Both the position numbers and the translations under genes were made by a program. A stretch of DNA of 64,000 nucleotides, taken from Fibrobacteria bacterium. GTDB lineage: Bacteria; Fibrobacterota; Chitinivibrionia; Chitinivibrionales; FEN-1185. Under the pieces are notes generated by a model. The model was given only the letters and a program-made list of their open reading frames with translations, was not told where the DNA came from and searched no databases. Below, piece after piece: positions 20,094 to 31,051 of the stretch; position 1 is the stretch's first letter, and every line of letters starts with the position of its first letter. The stretch spans positions 1-64,000 of the forward strand of contig JBBIGR010000007.1 of the NCBI GenBank assembly GCA_037447435.1. Direction: 5' to 3'.

Positions 20094-20942
20094 TCATAGG
20101 ATGACCGTGGCATGGCGCGCAACATGGCACGACAGCGAAATCGCCACAGGCATGGTCGCAATATGGCAGGCGCACGTTTCTATATGCACCGCAAGCGCGG
20201 TCACGCTGCCGCCGAGCCCGCCCGGCCCGACGCCGCTTTCATTCACTTTAGTGAGCAGTTTCTTTTCGAGAACCGAAAATTTCTTGTTTTTATTGGCTGT
20301 GCCGACGTGGCGGACAAGCGCCTTTTTGGACATTTTGACCGCATGTTCCGCGGTGCCGCCGATGCCGATGCCGACGATGACGGGCGGGCACGGGTTGCCG
20401 CCTGCTTTGAGAATCGTATTGACAACAGCGGATATCACGCCAGCTTCGCCCTCGGCGGGTTTGAGCATGCACAGCGTCGTCATGTTTTCGCTGCCGCCGC
20501 CTTTGGGCGCGAGGGTTATGGATAGCGAGTCGCCCTCGACGATTTCCATATGGATGATTGCAGGGGTATTGGTGAACGTGTTTTTCCGGTCGTAAAGCGG
20601 GTCCGACACCATTGACGGTCGCAAATAGCCTTCCGTATAGCCGCGGCCGACGCCCTCGTTGATTGCGCGCGGCAATGTGCCGCCCTTGATTTTAACCGCA
20701 TCGCCGAGTTCCACAAAAAAAACCGCGATGCCGGTATCCTGGCATATTGGAATTTTTGTTTCTTTTGCAACGGAAAAATTCGTTATGCAGCGCCCGATAA
20801 GGGCTTTGCCCGTCGCAGACTTTTCGGCGCGCTGCGCTTTTTTTAAGGCATTGCCGACGTCGGCGGGCAATTCGAACGCTGCTTGCAGGCACAAGTCGCG
20901 CACGGTTTCGACAATACGAGAATAGGGGATCGTCTTCATCAT
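20094..20942 (-). CDS. fumA: Fe-S fumarate hydratase alpha subunit
   Basis: [35 protein letters not shown]. Confidence 0.92.
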   Translation of the reverse strand: MMKTIPYSRIVETVRDLCLQAAFELPADVGNALKKAQRAEKSATGKALIGRCITNFSVAKETKIPICQDTGIAVFFVELGDAVKIKGGTLPRAINEGVGRGYTEGYLRPSMVSDPLYDRKNTFTNTPAIIHMEIVEGDSLSITLAPKGGGSENMTTLCMLKPAEGEAGVISAVVNTILKAGGNPCPPVIVGIGIGGTAEHAVKMSKKALVRHVGTANKNKKFSVLEKKLLTKVNESGVGPGGLGGSVTALAVHIETCACHIATMPVAISLSCHVARHATVIL

Positions 20943-22225
20943 GACTTTTGGATTTTGAGCGACAAGGCTTCGAGATGCGCGCGATACTGCGCAAAATCCT
21001 TTATCGGCTTACGCGCCACGCCGGAGTCCATAGCCGCTTGCGCCACGGCGATGCTTTCTTCGACAAGTACGCGCGGGTCAAGCGGTTTCGGGATGATATA
21101 ATCGCGGCCGAATTCAAGCTTGTCTATATTGTACGCTTCGAGAACCTCTTTGGGAACGCCGGGCTGTTTTGCCAGTTTGGCAAGCGCCAGGGTCGCAGCG
21201 ACCTTCATGGGTTCGTTGATTTCTTTTGCCAAAACGTCGAGCGCGCCTCTGAAAATAAACGGGAACCCGAGGACGTTGTTGACCTGATTGGGATAATCGG
21301 AGCGGCCGGTTGCCATCAGACAATCGGGCCGTGCGTTTTTCGCATCGTTATAGGAAATCTCGGGATCGGGATTTGCCATCGCGAAAATGATAGGGTCGGG
21401 CGCCATTGTTTTTACCATGTCTTTTGACACCACGCCTCCCTGCGAAAGGCCGATGAAAACGTCGGCGCCTTTCATCGCATCTGCCAAGCTGCGTTTCGCC
21501 GTGTTGACGGCGAACGGATCTTTGTACTTGTTCATGCCTTCGGTCCTGCCTTTGTAAATAACGCCCGACCGGTCGCACATGAATATGTTTTCCATTTTCG
21601 CACCCAACTGCACGTAATGCTTTGCACATGATATTGCCGCCGCGCCCGCGCCGCTGAACGCAAAGACAAGGTCGCCTATTTTCTTGCCCACGATTTCGGC
21701 AGCATTGATGATGGCGGCCGCGGAAATGATTGCGGTGCCGTGCTGATCGTCGTGGAAAACAGGAATGTCCATTTCACGCTTCAGGGTTTCTTCTATGTAA
21801 AAGCATTCAGGTGCTTTGATGTCTTCGAGGTTGATGCCGCCGAACGTAGGTTCCAGATATTTCACCGTTCGGATGATTTCGTCCGGGTCCGTTGTTGACA
21901 ATTCGATATCGAAAACGTCGATGTCGGCGAAGCGTTTGAACAAAATCCCTTTGCCTTCCATAACCGGTTTTCCGGCCAGGGAACCGATATTGCCGAGTCC
22001 GAGCACGGCGGTCCCGTCGGTGATCACGGCAACAAGATTTCCCCGGGCAGTGTATTCATACGCTTCATCGGGATTTGCTTCAATAGCCTTACAGGCATGC
22101 GCAACACCGGGCGTATAGGCAAGGGAGAGGTCTTTCTGCGTTTTGCACGGTTTTGACGAAATGACTTCGATTTTCCCTTTTCTACCCTTTGAATGATAAT
22201 CCAGGGCTTCTTGTTTTGTGATCAT
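20939..22225 (-). CDS. NAD(P)-dependent malic enzyme (no PTA domain)
   Basis: [44 protein letters not shown]. Confidence 0.95.
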   Translation of the reverse strand: MITKQEALDYHSKGRKGKIEVISSKPCKTQKDLSLAYTPGVAHACKAIEANPDEAYEYTARGNLVAVITDGTAVLGLGNIGSLAGKPVMEGKGILFKRFADIDVFDIELSTTDPDEIIRTVKYLEPTFGGINLEDIKAPECFYIEETLKREMDIPVFHDDQHGTAIISAAAIINAAEIVGKKIGDLVFAFSGAGAAAISCAKHYVQLGAKMENIFMCDRSGVIYKGRTEGMNKYKDPFAVNTAKRSLADAMKGADVFIGLSQGGVVSKDMVKTMAPDPIIFAMANPDPEISYNDAKNARPDCLMATGRSDYPNQVNNVLGFPFIFRGALDVLAKEINEPMKVAATLALAKLAKQPGVPKEVLEAYNIDKLEFGRDYIIPKPLDPRVLVEESIAVAQAAMDSGVARKPIKDFAQYRAHLEALSLKIQKS

Positions 22226-22387
22226 TGTATGGTTCCTTATAGTAATGGTTTGCGCGATAATGTCCTATGAAAATTAATATTGGGAGACGACATTGCGCGG
22301 GATTTTAATACGGCAAACTTCATTATTATGTAATTTAATTCACATAATAATGAAGTTGCACTATATTCTGCAGAAATACTGAAGGGC

Positions 22388-23146
22388 CTAGACGTTAAAC
22401 TGAAATTTTGGGTTAAGTTCTTTGAGTTCCTTTGTCATTGCCCGTAAGAGCTCCTTTTTTTCTTCGGAGCTTTCCTGTGAATTTTCATGAAGCACTTTCA
22501 GGAAATTGTCAAGTTTGCTTTCAAATAATTTGATTTTGGCTTTTTCGCTCAGTTCTTTTTCTAAATGAAATATGCTTCCGTTAGATAGCCGTTCTATAAA
22601 GCCGAAGCTTTCCGTAGAAACGTTGCGCAATATCCGGATGGTTTCTGCAATATGGTTTGCAATCGAAAGGTAAACATGGACATTCGTATTTGTGCTGCCC
22701 CGTAAATGGGACAAAGCATTTGCGGCAAGTTTGTAATAAAAAGCGATTCTCCCGCTCGTGTCGGAATTTTTTATAATTTTTTTGTAATATGAACCTGCAT
22801 GCTCATAATCCGAGAACACTGCAACAGCACATAAGCCGAAATCGGCATTTTCCTTATAAACCGTATATTCGGTCCGGCAATCCGGGTGTTCATGGATATA
22901 TGAAATGACCTGGAAATCATACGCCGAAACATAGGGCTTGTTTTCGGAAAAGGCGTTGGTCGAAACCATGGATTCAAGCAATTCCGCCAAATACATGTTT
23001 ACTTCTTCATCAAAAGGGTCTTTTCCGGTTTCACAATGCAAGGTTATCCGTGATTTCAATATATTTTCCAAAAAATAGAATTTTGTGCATTCTTTTTCAT
23101 ACTTTTTTAAGTCAAGATAGGAATCTGCGCTTTTTGTTTGTTGCAT
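22388..23146 (-). CDS. Hypothetical alpha-helical protein
   Basis: Long ORF with AAGGGG SD, divergent from the flagellin gene. Confidence 0.75.
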   Translation of the reverse strand: MQQTKSADSYLDLKKYEKECTKFYFLENILKSRITLHCETGKDPFDEEVNMYLAELLESMVSTNAFSENKPYVSAYDFQVISYIHEHPDCRTEYTVYKENADFGLCAVAVFSDYEHAGSYYKKIIKNSDTSGRIAFYYKLAANALSHLRGSTNTNVHVYLSIANHIAETIRILRNVSTESFGFIERLSNGSIFHLEKELSEKAKIKLFESKLDNFLKVLHENSQESSEEKKELLRAMTKELKELNPKFQFNV

Positions 23147-23249
23147 GATAGACCCCTTTCTTACAATTCGTAACGGCATCTTATTTATTATATCGACAAC
23201 GCTTAAGCGCTTTATTATAGAAAAAAATAAAAAAGTATTGTAAAATGAT

Positions 23250-23276
23250 TAAAGTTTTCGTAGTTTCTTCCGATAC
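23250..23276 (+). promoter_or_regulatory. Sigma-28 (FliA) promoter of the flagellin gene
   Basis: TAAAGTTT at 23250 and TCCGATAC at 23269; 15-nt spacer between TAAA and the -10, matching TAAA-N15-GCCGATAA. Confidence 0.8.
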
Positions 23277-23330
23277 AATAATAGGGGAAGTTATGAGTGA
23301 ACAGAATGTACGTAAACAGGGAGGTTAATC

Positions 23331-24176
23331 ATGAGGATAGAAAGCGGACAAAGTTACGGTTTGGTCGCTCCTCTGGATAAGGCTTCCAAGAGTCTTTCTA
23401 AGACAAACAATGACCTGAACAAGATTCTTGAGCGTTTATCCACATCACTTCGTATCAACAAAGCAAGCGATGATGCCGCTGGACTTGGTATGGCGGAACA
23501 GCTGGCTTCGCAGGTACGCGGTTTTAAACAGGCCGACAATAATGTCGCCGACGCGCAAAGCGCATTGAATATTGCCGACAGCACGGGTAGCCAGGTCTCT
23601 GATATGGTGCAGCGGCAACGCGATTTGGCTTTGCAGGCATCGAACGATACATTGACAAATCAGCAGCGTTCCGATCTCAATTCCGAATACCAGTCTATTG
23701 GCCAGGAAATCGACCGCATCACCAATGCGTCGCAATTCAATACGCAAAACGTTGCAAACGGTACGGGGTTGGCGTCGGGCAACGCCGTGATACAGGCTGG
23801 GCCGAACGCGCAGGACCAAGCGACCATGCCGAAAATCGACATGAGCGCAAACGCACTCGGCGTTACCGGCACGTCGATAGACACGTCGGCAAATGCCATT
23901 GCCGCATTGCCAAAACTTGATAATGCGCTTCAGGCATTGAATTCGCAGCGCAGTACGCTCGGCGCCACGACCAATAGGTTCGAATCGACCATTAACAATA
24001 ATTCCTTGGCAGAAATCAACACGCAGGCCGCGGAATCGGTATTGCGCGATCAGGACATGGCGGCTGGGCTTGTCGAACTGACAAAGAATCAGATACTGCA
24101 ACAAGGAACGATTTCGACATTTGCCAAGTTCAATGAAATAAATGCGAACCATTTGATGGGGCTTTTGAAGTCTTAG
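23331..24176 (+). CDS. fliC: Flagellin (minimal, D0/D1 only)
   Basis: ERLSTSLRINKASDDAAGL, EIDRI..QFN, RSTLGATTNRFE, AESVLRDQDMA. Confidence 0.92.
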   Translation: MRIESGQSYGLVAPLDKASKSLSKTNNDLNKILERLSTSLRINKASDDAAGLGMAEQLASQVRGFKQADNNVADAQSALNIADSTGSQVSDMVQRQRDLALQASNDTLTNQQRSDLNSEYQSIGQEIDRITNASQFNTQNVANGTGLASGNAVIQAGPNAQDQATMPKIDMSANALGVTGTSIDTSANAIAALPKLDNALQALNSQRSTLGATTNRFESTINNNSLAEINTQAAESVLRDQDMAAGLVELTKNQILQQGTISTFAKFNEINANHLMGLLKS

Positions 24177-24266
24177 ACTGACGAAACCGGGAATGGATTT
24201 CCGGCGGCAAGCAACGATCATGGACGATGAACATCATTGTCACCTGTTAAAGGATGATCGGTTGCT

Positions 24267-24620
24267 ATGGCTACCGTATTACAACAAAATACCGCCAAAT
24301 ATTACGAAACCGTGCAATTACAAACCGCTTCGAAACAAAAAGCGGTTTGTATGCTGCACGAGAAATTCGTACAGTTCATTTCCGCAGCGCTTGATACGCC
24401 GGACAAACGATCTTCATACGTGATACGGTCGCAAAACATCCTTTCGCAACTTCAGCGTTCGCTTATTCGAAAAGACGCCGTGGCCCACAGCCTGTTTTTG
24501 CTTTACGATTACTGCTATGTGATATTGGACCGCGGGCAAGAGACCGATTTGCATAATGCAGGTACGATAATGGCGGTATTACGGGATACGTTCAAACTGC
24601 TTACGCTCCGTCCTCGATAA
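24267..24620 (+). CDS. fliS: FliS-like flagellin chaperone
   Basis: Y..VQLQTAS..MLHE, SQNILSQLQRSL, SLFLLYDY; directly downstream of flagellin. Confidence 0.8.
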   Translation: MATVLQQNTAKYYETVQLQTASKQKAVCMLHEKFVQFISAALDTPDKRSSYVIRSQNILSQLQRSLIRKDAVAHSLFLLYDYCYVILDRGQETDLHNAGTIMAVLRDTFKLLTLRPR

Positions 24621-24742
24621 GTTGACCTTCCGAACAAGCATCGAATGTCAAAGACTTCTGTTATTGTAAAACTTGTATAGTACTTGACATTATTCTTGGT
24701 TTGCCAATTTATATATAGTATTATTATTAATCGAAAATCCAG

Positions 24743-24916
24743 AATCCAGATTATATTGAAATCACTGCACGAACTGAGGATGAACCAAGAAATCTAATAA
24801 TTGGAAAAATAGAAAACGCAATTTGGTCCGTGGTAATAACTTATCGAGGGAATAAAACTAGAATTATTTCAGCGCGCAGATCTCGCGAAAAGGAGATACT
24901 TATTTATGAAAGCTAA
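24743..24916 (+). pseudogene. brnT: 5'-truncated BrnT family toxin
   Basis: Manual translation NPDYIEITARTEDEPRNLIIGKIENAIWSVVITYRGNKTRIISARRSREKEILIYES*. In-frame TAA at 24728 and no start codon. Confidence 0.8.
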
Positions 24917-24956
24917 AGAATTTGATAAAATGGTTGGCAAGCATTGCCTGCGATAG
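24906..24956 (+). pseudogene. N-terminal stub of a BrnA/CopG-type antitoxin
   Basis: MKAKEFDK start overlapping the brnT end with AAGGAG SD; similarity is lost after about 8 codons and the frame stops after 16. Confidence 0.65.
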
Positions 24957-25035
24957 CCTTGGAAATGCAATAGGCAGAATAAGCCCCGATTGGATAACTA
25001 CCGGAACATTGCAGCTATTTAATTAGTTGGGGGAT

Positions 25036-26157
25036 ATGATCTTGAAAAACATCCATTTGATCTTTTTGCTGGCGTTTCTGGCATATTCGCATTGCTTTGC
25101 AAAAAAACACTCTGTGTATATTGTAAACAAAATAACCATGCAATCCGATTCGATCGGTCAACCCGCATTATGTAAGGCAATCGTTGATACTGTTTCACGA
25201 TATTTTTCCGCTGTTTTCAACGTCGTTACTGCATCGCCTGTTGGCGAATCTCTTTTGCTTGCAGCGCATTCGAACCCGCCCGAAAAACCGCTTTTGAAAG
25301 CCGAAGACATTATAGGAAATAGAAATATCGATTACTTCTTGTGTATGGATGCGTATGCAAACAGTGCTTACGGCGGGACTGCAAGAAACCTTTTTATTCC
25401 TGTTCCCATGGGAAGCGGTGTCAAAGTCATTATCATAAACTATTATGATTCGACTCTGGTTCATCACGACACGACGACATTAACTTTTTCTTTGCACCGG
25501 TATTCGGACGGCAAAAAGGTGGCTTCGTGGAATGAAATGAGGACAAGCGAAAGTAACAGTGCCAATTTCGATTCGGTCTTTATTGATGATGTCTCGGGTA
25601 TTGCTCATTACATTCCTGAAAAACTTAAATCTTACAATCCGTTTTGCGTGTTTATAGGCGCGAATTTGGGAATTGCAGCCAACATTGTCTCCACGGCCGA
25701 AAGAAATGAGTACCATCAACCCAGACAGGTTTTTATTGTCGGAGCGGGATACGGGATTTCGGCAAAGGCGGTTCTTGGCCCGGTTTTTGGGATTGAAGGT
25801 GCATATTCCTTTTATCCTACATTTACAGGCAGCTATTCTTTTGAGGATGCCTACGTGGGGGTGTGTTTTGGAAAAAAAGCATACTTACGGAACAGAATAT
25901 CTTTTATTTATCCGAATATTTCACTGGGGTATTCGGCGGTCATGAAAACAGACAACAAGATAGACTCCGCGAGAATCGAAATCCCCGGGGCCCGGCACGG
26001 ATTTTCCGCAAGTTTGTCTGCCATTATTTGCAGTAAATTTCAACCCGTGACCCTTGAACCCTTTGTGACGTTTGGAATCGTGAATGAAACCAACCCCCCC
26101 AATTGGCTTTCCATTGGCATAAAGGCAGGATACACGTTTGATTTCAGAAAGTTTTAA
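25036..26157 (+). CDS. Secreted protein with putative C-terminal outer-membrane beta-barrel
   Basis: Signal peptide; alternating strands ending GIKAGYTFDFRKF. Confidence 0.65.
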   Translation: MILKNIHLIFLLAFLAYSHCFAKKHSVYIVNKITMQSDSIGQPALCKAIVDTVSRYFSAVFNVVTASPVGESLLLAAHSNPPEKPLLKAEDIIGNRNIDYFLCMDAYANSAYGGTARNLFIPVPMGSGVKVIIINYYDSTLVHHDTTTLTFSLHRYSDGKKVASWNEMRTSESNSANFDSVFIDDVSGIAHYIPEKLKSYNPFCVFIGANLGIAANIVSTAERNEYHQPRQVFIVGAGYGISAKAVLGPVFGIEGAYSFYPTFTGSYSFEDAYVGVCFGKKAYLRNRISFIYPNISLGYSAVMKTDNKIDSARIEIPGARHGFSASLSAIICSKFQPVTLEPFVTFGIVNETNPPNWLSIGIKAGYTFDFRKF

Positions 26158-26294
26158 TAGATCAGGAATAAGATGAAAGGTTGTGGTTTCCGTTTCACAA
26201 GGGAAGAAAAATGAAAGAATAAATCCTTTTACCCGCCCACGTCGTATTTTTAACACGTTTCACATTCTAATACATCCATTCCGAAACGAGGCAT

Positions 26295-29225
26295 ATGCCA
26301 AGTCTTTTTGATTCGCTTTCCGAACACACCGACGATAAAACGATTTCTTCGCTTCGGAGAATTGCCGGAAAAACAAATAAAAAACCGCAATCGCAAAAAC
26401 CCTATAAACCGAATAATGCACATGACATTCTGGGCAGTTTGAATTTTGTCGCATTGGACCTTGAAACAACCGGGTTGGACAATAAAAACGACCGGGTGAT
26501 TGAAATCGGCGCGGTCAAATATGTCGCTGGAAAAGCGACCGAAGAATATACGACATTCATTAATCCCAAAACCCCGATACCGCCCAATATTACGATGCTC
26601 ACGGGGATAAAAGACGAAGACGTCGCTTCGGCGCCGACGTTCGACGCCGTGGCAAAACATCTCATCGATTTCATCGGGGACCTTTCCTTATGCGGGCATC
26701 AAATCGAATTCGACATAAATTTTTTAAACGAGGAATACAAACGCGCCAATTTGCCCAAGGTCTTCATGAAGCAAATCGACACCGCGGTATTGTCGCGGAT
26801 CGTTTTGTCGAATATCAATCGCTATACCCTTAAACATGTCGCACGGTCTTTGGACATAACGCTCGACCGCGCTCATCGCGCGCTCGACGATGCGCGCGCA
26901 AGCGGCAACGTCGCGCTGGCGCTCGTTCCTAAATTGGCCGAGTTGCCGCTTATGACCCGGGCGGTCATGGCGCATTGCGCACCGCCGTCGCTGGTGCGGC
27001 ACGTGCTGCAGGTATCTTTGGCAAATGAGAAATATACGCTGAACCTATCGGCGCCGCTGTTGCCCCGGCCGCCGAAAAAGCTTTCTTCACGCGAATCGTT
27101 CGTGCCCATAGACGTTCGGGAGGTGCGCGACATGTTCGGCGCCGGCGGCGCGCTTTCGCAGGGGCTCGACGGATACGTCGAACGGCCTTCGCAAACCGAC
27201 ATGGCCGCGAGCGTGGCAACGGCATTATCGCATGCGTCTACGCTTGTCGCCGAGGCAGGTACCGGTACCGGAAAATCGCTTGCGTATTTGGCGCCGAGCG
27301 CTCTGTTTGCCGTGAAAAACCAATGCCGGATTCTGGTGTCGACGCATACGCGGAACCTGCAGGACCAGCTCATCGCGAAGGATTTGCCGGTTATCAAGAA
27401 TGCGGTCGGCGAGGAGTTTTCGTTTTCGGTATTGAAAGGCCGCGCGAATTATTTGTGCCAGCAGCGGTTCGGACGCTTGCTTTCCGGTGAACTCGGCGAT
27501 TTTTCGTATCGCGAACGGATGGGGATTCTACCGCTTATCCGCTGGGCTCAACAAACGCAAACCGGGGACATCGAGGAACAAAACCAGTTCAACACCAAAT
27601 GGTTCGGCCGGATTTGGCATTTGGTATGCGCGGAATCGCATTCGTGCCAGGGGCGGCGATGCGCCCAATATCATAATTGCTTTCTGCAACTCGCACGGCA
27701 GCGGGCGCTCGGCTCTCATATCGTGGTGATCAACCACGCACTTTTCTTTTCGGAATTATGCGCCGCATCCTCGTTTTTGGGAAAACTCGGCCCGATCGTG
27801 TTCGATGAAGCGCATCATTTGGAAGCGTGCGGGCATCGCCATTTGCGGACCGAAGTCGACAGCAACCGTTTCTCCGCGTTTTTGGAAGCCGCAACCAATC
27901 TCGGCAAGGAAATCAAGAAGCGCGAATCGCCCATGACGCCCGGGATTTCGGAACAGCAATACAAACCCGTGCTCAAACGGCTGCGGCAGCAGATCAAATC
28001 GTTTTTGGACCTGTGTTTGACATGGGCGAAAGAGCAGACCCGCGCCCCTGCGGAATTCCAGATCGCCTATACGGGCGAGGCATTTTCAGACACGATGGAA
28101 TTTCTAGGGTTGCAGAGCCTCCTTGTCGACATGCAGGACATTCTCCACGGCTTTTCACAGGCCGTGGAACAGGACGATCCCAAGGAAAGCGACCGGCTTT
28201 TTGCCCAGCAAATCACGACATTGATGGAGACCACGTCGCAACTCAAGGCCGACTGTAATTACGTGGCCTTTGCAAAAACCGACGACCATGTTTTTTGGTG
28301 CGAGGGAAACGCGCAAAAGGGCTGGATAAAACTGTGCGGCGTTCCTCTTGACATCGGGTCGATATTGGGCGGAATATGGGATCAGAACGATGCGGGCAGG
28401 ATCTTTACATCGGCGACATTGTCGGTCAACGGCACCATGAATTATTTCATGAAAAAAGTGGGTATCGGCGCGGCGCGGCAAGCCGAAGGCGATGTCGAGG
28501 AAGTCGCCTGCGAAACTTTTGCGAGCCCGTTTTCGCCGTCCCAGGCGCTTCGCGGCGGCATCAGGGTCGCACCAGCGCTGGAATCGGCCGAATATCCTCG
28601 CTATGTTGCGGATTCGGTCAAGGCGTTGCTTAATGCGTTTGACAAAAATATATTGGTATTGTTCACGGCAAATTCCATGCTTTCGGCGGTTCACGATATG
28701 CTGAAACGGGAAACGCTCGGTTCCGATTGCACGATACTTGCCCAGGGTTTTTCGGGGAATCGCGGCGCGTTGCTCGAGGAATTCAAGCATACCAAGCGCG
28801 CGGTGCTGCTCGGCGCGGATTCGTTTTGGGAAGGCATCGACGTTCCGGGCAAGGCCTGCGAAATCGTGTGCATCACGCGATTGCCGTTTCCCGTGCCCAC
28901 GCATCCGCTGACCAAGGCGCTGTGCAGTAAAATCGAAGAGGAGACCGGCGAATCGTTCATGTCGTTTTCCGTTCCCGAGGCGATCATTAAATTCCGTCAA
29001 GGTACCGGCAGGCTCATTCGGACGAGCTCCGACCGCGGGGCCCTGATCGTTTTGGATAACCGGATGTTTACAAAAGGATACGGCAAGCATTTCGCGTCGT
29101 CGCTGGACGGACCGTTCGTCGGCTATAATTCCGTTGCGGAAATGATCACGTCGTTACAAACGTTTTTCGAAGACCACGACAATGCGACGCCGTCGCTCAC
29201 GTACGAACCTATAGAGGATGTATGA
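26295..29225 (+). CDS. dinG: DinG family helicase with N-terminal DEDDh exonuclease
   Basis: DLETTG/HRALDDA exonuclease; AGTGTGKS, DEAH, Fe-S cysteines, FWEGIDVPG, QGTGRLIR. Confidence 0.95.
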   Translation: MPSLFDSLSEHTDDKTISSLRRIAGKTNKKPQSQKPYKPNNAHDILGSLNFVALDLETTGLDNKNDRVIEIGAVKYVAGKATEEYTTFINPKTPIPPNITMLTGIKDEDVASAPTFDAVAKHLIDFIGDLSLCGHQIEFDINFLNEEYKRANLPKVFMKQIDTAVLSRIVLSNINRYTLKHVARSLDITLDRAHRALDDARASGNVALALVPKLAELPLMTRAVMAHCAPPSLVRHVLQVSLANEKYTLNLSAPLLPRPPKKLSSRESFVPIDVREVRDMFGAGGALSQGLDGYVERPSQTDMAASVATALSHASTLVAEAGTGTGKSLAYLAPSALFAVKNQCRILVSTHTRNLQDQLIAKDLPVIKNAVGEEFSFSVLKGRANYLCQQRFGRLLSGELGDFSYRERMGILPLIRWAQQTQTGDIEEQNQFNTKWFGRIWHLVCAESHSCQGRRCAQYHNCFLQLARQRALGSHIVVINHALFFSELCAASSFLGKLGPIVFDEAHHLEACGHRHLRTEVDSNRFSAFLEAATNLGKEIKKRESPMTPGISEQQYKPVLKRLRQQIKSFLDLCLTWAKEQTRAPAEFQIAYTGEAFSDTMEFLGLQSLLVDMQDILHGFSQAVEQDDPKESDRLFAQQITTLMETTSQLKADCNYVAFAKTDDHVFWCEGNAQKGWIKLCGVPLDIGSILGGIWDQNDAGRIFTSATLSVNGTMNYFMKKVGIGAARQAEGDVEEVACETFASPFSPSQALRGGIRVAPALESAEYPRYVADSVKALLNAFDKNILVLFTANSMLSAVHDMLKRETLGSDCTILAQGFSGNRGALLEEFKHTKRAVLLGADSFWEGIDVPGKACEIVCITRLPFPVPTHPLTKALCSKIEEETGESFMSFSVPEAIIKFRQGTGRLIRTSSDRGALIVLDNRMFTKGYGKHFASSLDGPFVGYNSVAEMITSLQTFFEDHDNATPSLTYEPIEDV

Positions 29226-29716
29226 AGAAAACGATACTGCTTTTGCCGATAGTCATGTTGTTGTTTTCCTGCGGTTTTTATACCTTCAGCGGGTCGACCC
29301 TGCCGTCGCATTTGAAAACCGTCGATATTCCGTTATTTGCGAACCAGTCGCTGATGCCCGGCGTTGCCGAGGAGCTTACCGATGCCCTGACAAAACGGGT
29401 GGTAAGCATGAATTTGCTCCGCGTGTCGACCGGCCGCGGGGACGCGACCATTTCGGGCAAGGTCGTTGACTATATCAATACGCCCAGAACCTACGGGACC
29501 ACCGCGGTCCGCCAGGTGACGGTAAGCGAGTATGTCGTCCGGATAACCGTGGAGGTGGAATTCCTTGACAATAAAGGAAGCACTCCTTTGTTTAAGGGCA
29601 CCATCACCGGCGAAGGCATTTATGACTTTAGCAAACTGACCGAAGTGAATGGGCGGGCTTTGGCGGAAAAAGACGTCGTGGACCAGATTTTACAGCATTC
29701 GGTACAGAGTTGGTAG
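29222..29716 (+). CDS. lptE: LPS assembly lipoprotein LptE
   Basis: Lipobox FSCGFYTFSG, KTVDIPLFANQS; ATGA-coupled to dinG. Confidence 0.85.
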   Translation: MKKTILLLPIVMLLFSCGFYTFSGSTLPSHLKTVDIPLFANQSLMPGVAEELTDALTKRVVSMNLLRVSTGRGDATISGKVVDYINTPRTYGTTAVRQVTVSEYVVRITVEVEFLDNKGSTPLFKGTITGEGIYDFSKLTEVNGRALAEKDVVDQILQHSVQSW

Positions 29717-30032
29717 GACTATTTTGAAGGCGGGCAACCCCTTGTTCCGTGGTTAAACGGGCTCCTTCCGCACAATATGGGACATGCGGTTGTCGCCGTT
29801 AAGCGAATTGCGCTTGTTAAAATGAATGTGGAAATCGTGATTTAATTAACAATGTATAATGTTATTTAAGGCTCTTTAATACCCAATATCAACTTCTAAC
29901 TTGTCGCTCATTAAAACCTAACAGACCCCCCCCTATTTTTATTATTGATTAATTCATTATCGCGCCAATAAATCCTTCCTATTACCACGGCGCGAAAAAT
30001 AAAATCATATTAAATTTATCAAGGAGGCCGTC

Positions 30033-30983
30033 ATGTTCAGCAAAATGTGCGGTACGGTAGTTTGCGGATTGCTTTTGGGTTACGGTGGGGCGAATGCGCA
30101 GATCAATTTAATGGCGAATCTGATTACTTTCCGAGACCCATCTTCCTTAAACACGTTTACTATCCATTATGGAGAATTTGACGCTTCAGGCAGTTACCAA
30201 GGCGGTTACTTTACTGGAAATACTGTGGGTGCAACTTTAGCTGGCGGAACTACGGGTGCGAATATTAATGGTTTTAAATATGGGGTGAATGCAAATGCCT
30301 ATCCAAACGATTTAGGTGCAAGTACCTATGGAGGCTATTTCTTGAGTCCAAGACTTGGCTCAGGAGGAATATATGATGGCACTCAAACCTGCGTAGGCGT
30401 TTATGGGTATGGACAAGGTGGTGGGTCCAGTTCAACCTATTATGCTGCGGGAGTCGAGGCCTCAGCAGAGGGCAGCAATAGCGCTGCTCTTTATGCCCAT
30501 GGTGGCAGTTATGCCGGATATTTTGATGGCTCCGTTAACGTCCAAGGGGTTGTATCTTCATATGGACAAGCTTTAATTTCTGATAAAAAACTGAAAACCG
30601 ATATTAATCCGCTTTCTAGTTCCTTGGACAAGATATTGCTATTGCAACCCAAAACATATTTTTTCGATACCATTACTTACAAGAGAATGAATTTGCCAAA
30701 AACCAAACAAATTGGATTAGTTGCTCAAGATGTAGAAACCATTTTTCCGGAACTTGTTACTGAAATGAAAACATTAAATTTTGCCAAGACCATAGACAGC
30801 ACCTTTACAGATAATCATGGGAAGTTGGTCCATGTTGCCAAGATTCAAATTGACAGTTCTGCACAAGGATCTAGCATCGACACTATAAAGACTGTCAATT
30901 ACACGGCTCTGATCCCGATACTCATCACAGCTCTACAGGAGCAGCAAAAGGAAATTGATGCGTTGAGGAACGAAAAAAAATAG
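30033..30983 (+). CDS. Secreted tail-fibre-like protein with peptidase S74 autochaperone domain
   Basis: Signal peptide; Gly-rich GVYG/YAGYFDG repeats; SDKKLKTDI, IGLVAQDVE..PELV, VNYTALIP..ALQEQQ. Confidence 0.85.
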   Translation: MFSKMCGTVVCGLLLGYGGANAQINLMANLITFRDPSSLNTFTIHYGEFDASGSYQGGYFTGNTVGATLAGGTTGANINGFKYGVNANAYPNDLGASTYGGYFLSPRLGSGGIYDGTQTCVGVYGYGQGGGSSSTYYAAGVEASAEGSNSAALYAHGGSYAGYFDGSVNVQGVVSSYGQALISDKKLKTDINPLSSSLDKILLLQPKTYFFDTITYKRMNLPKTKQIGLVAQDVETIFPELVTEMKTLNFAKTIDSTFTDNHGKLVHVAKIQIDSSAQGSSIDTIKTVNYTALIPILITALQEQQKEIDALRNEKK

Positions 30984-31051
30984 TAGTCGGGGTGTGATTC
31001 TGTGTTTTAGTAAAAATTTGGTAGTTATAAAATTAATTTTGGAGAAAATTT

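Noticed and set aside
29926..29933. C8 tract upstream of the AT-rich cassette (phase variation)
   Set aside because: Short tract with no clear placement between promoter elements; cannot be supported without reads.
30033..30983. Tail-fibre domain as evidence of a prophage
   Set aside because: It has a signal peptide, and there are no capsid, terminase, integrase or other phage genes nearby.
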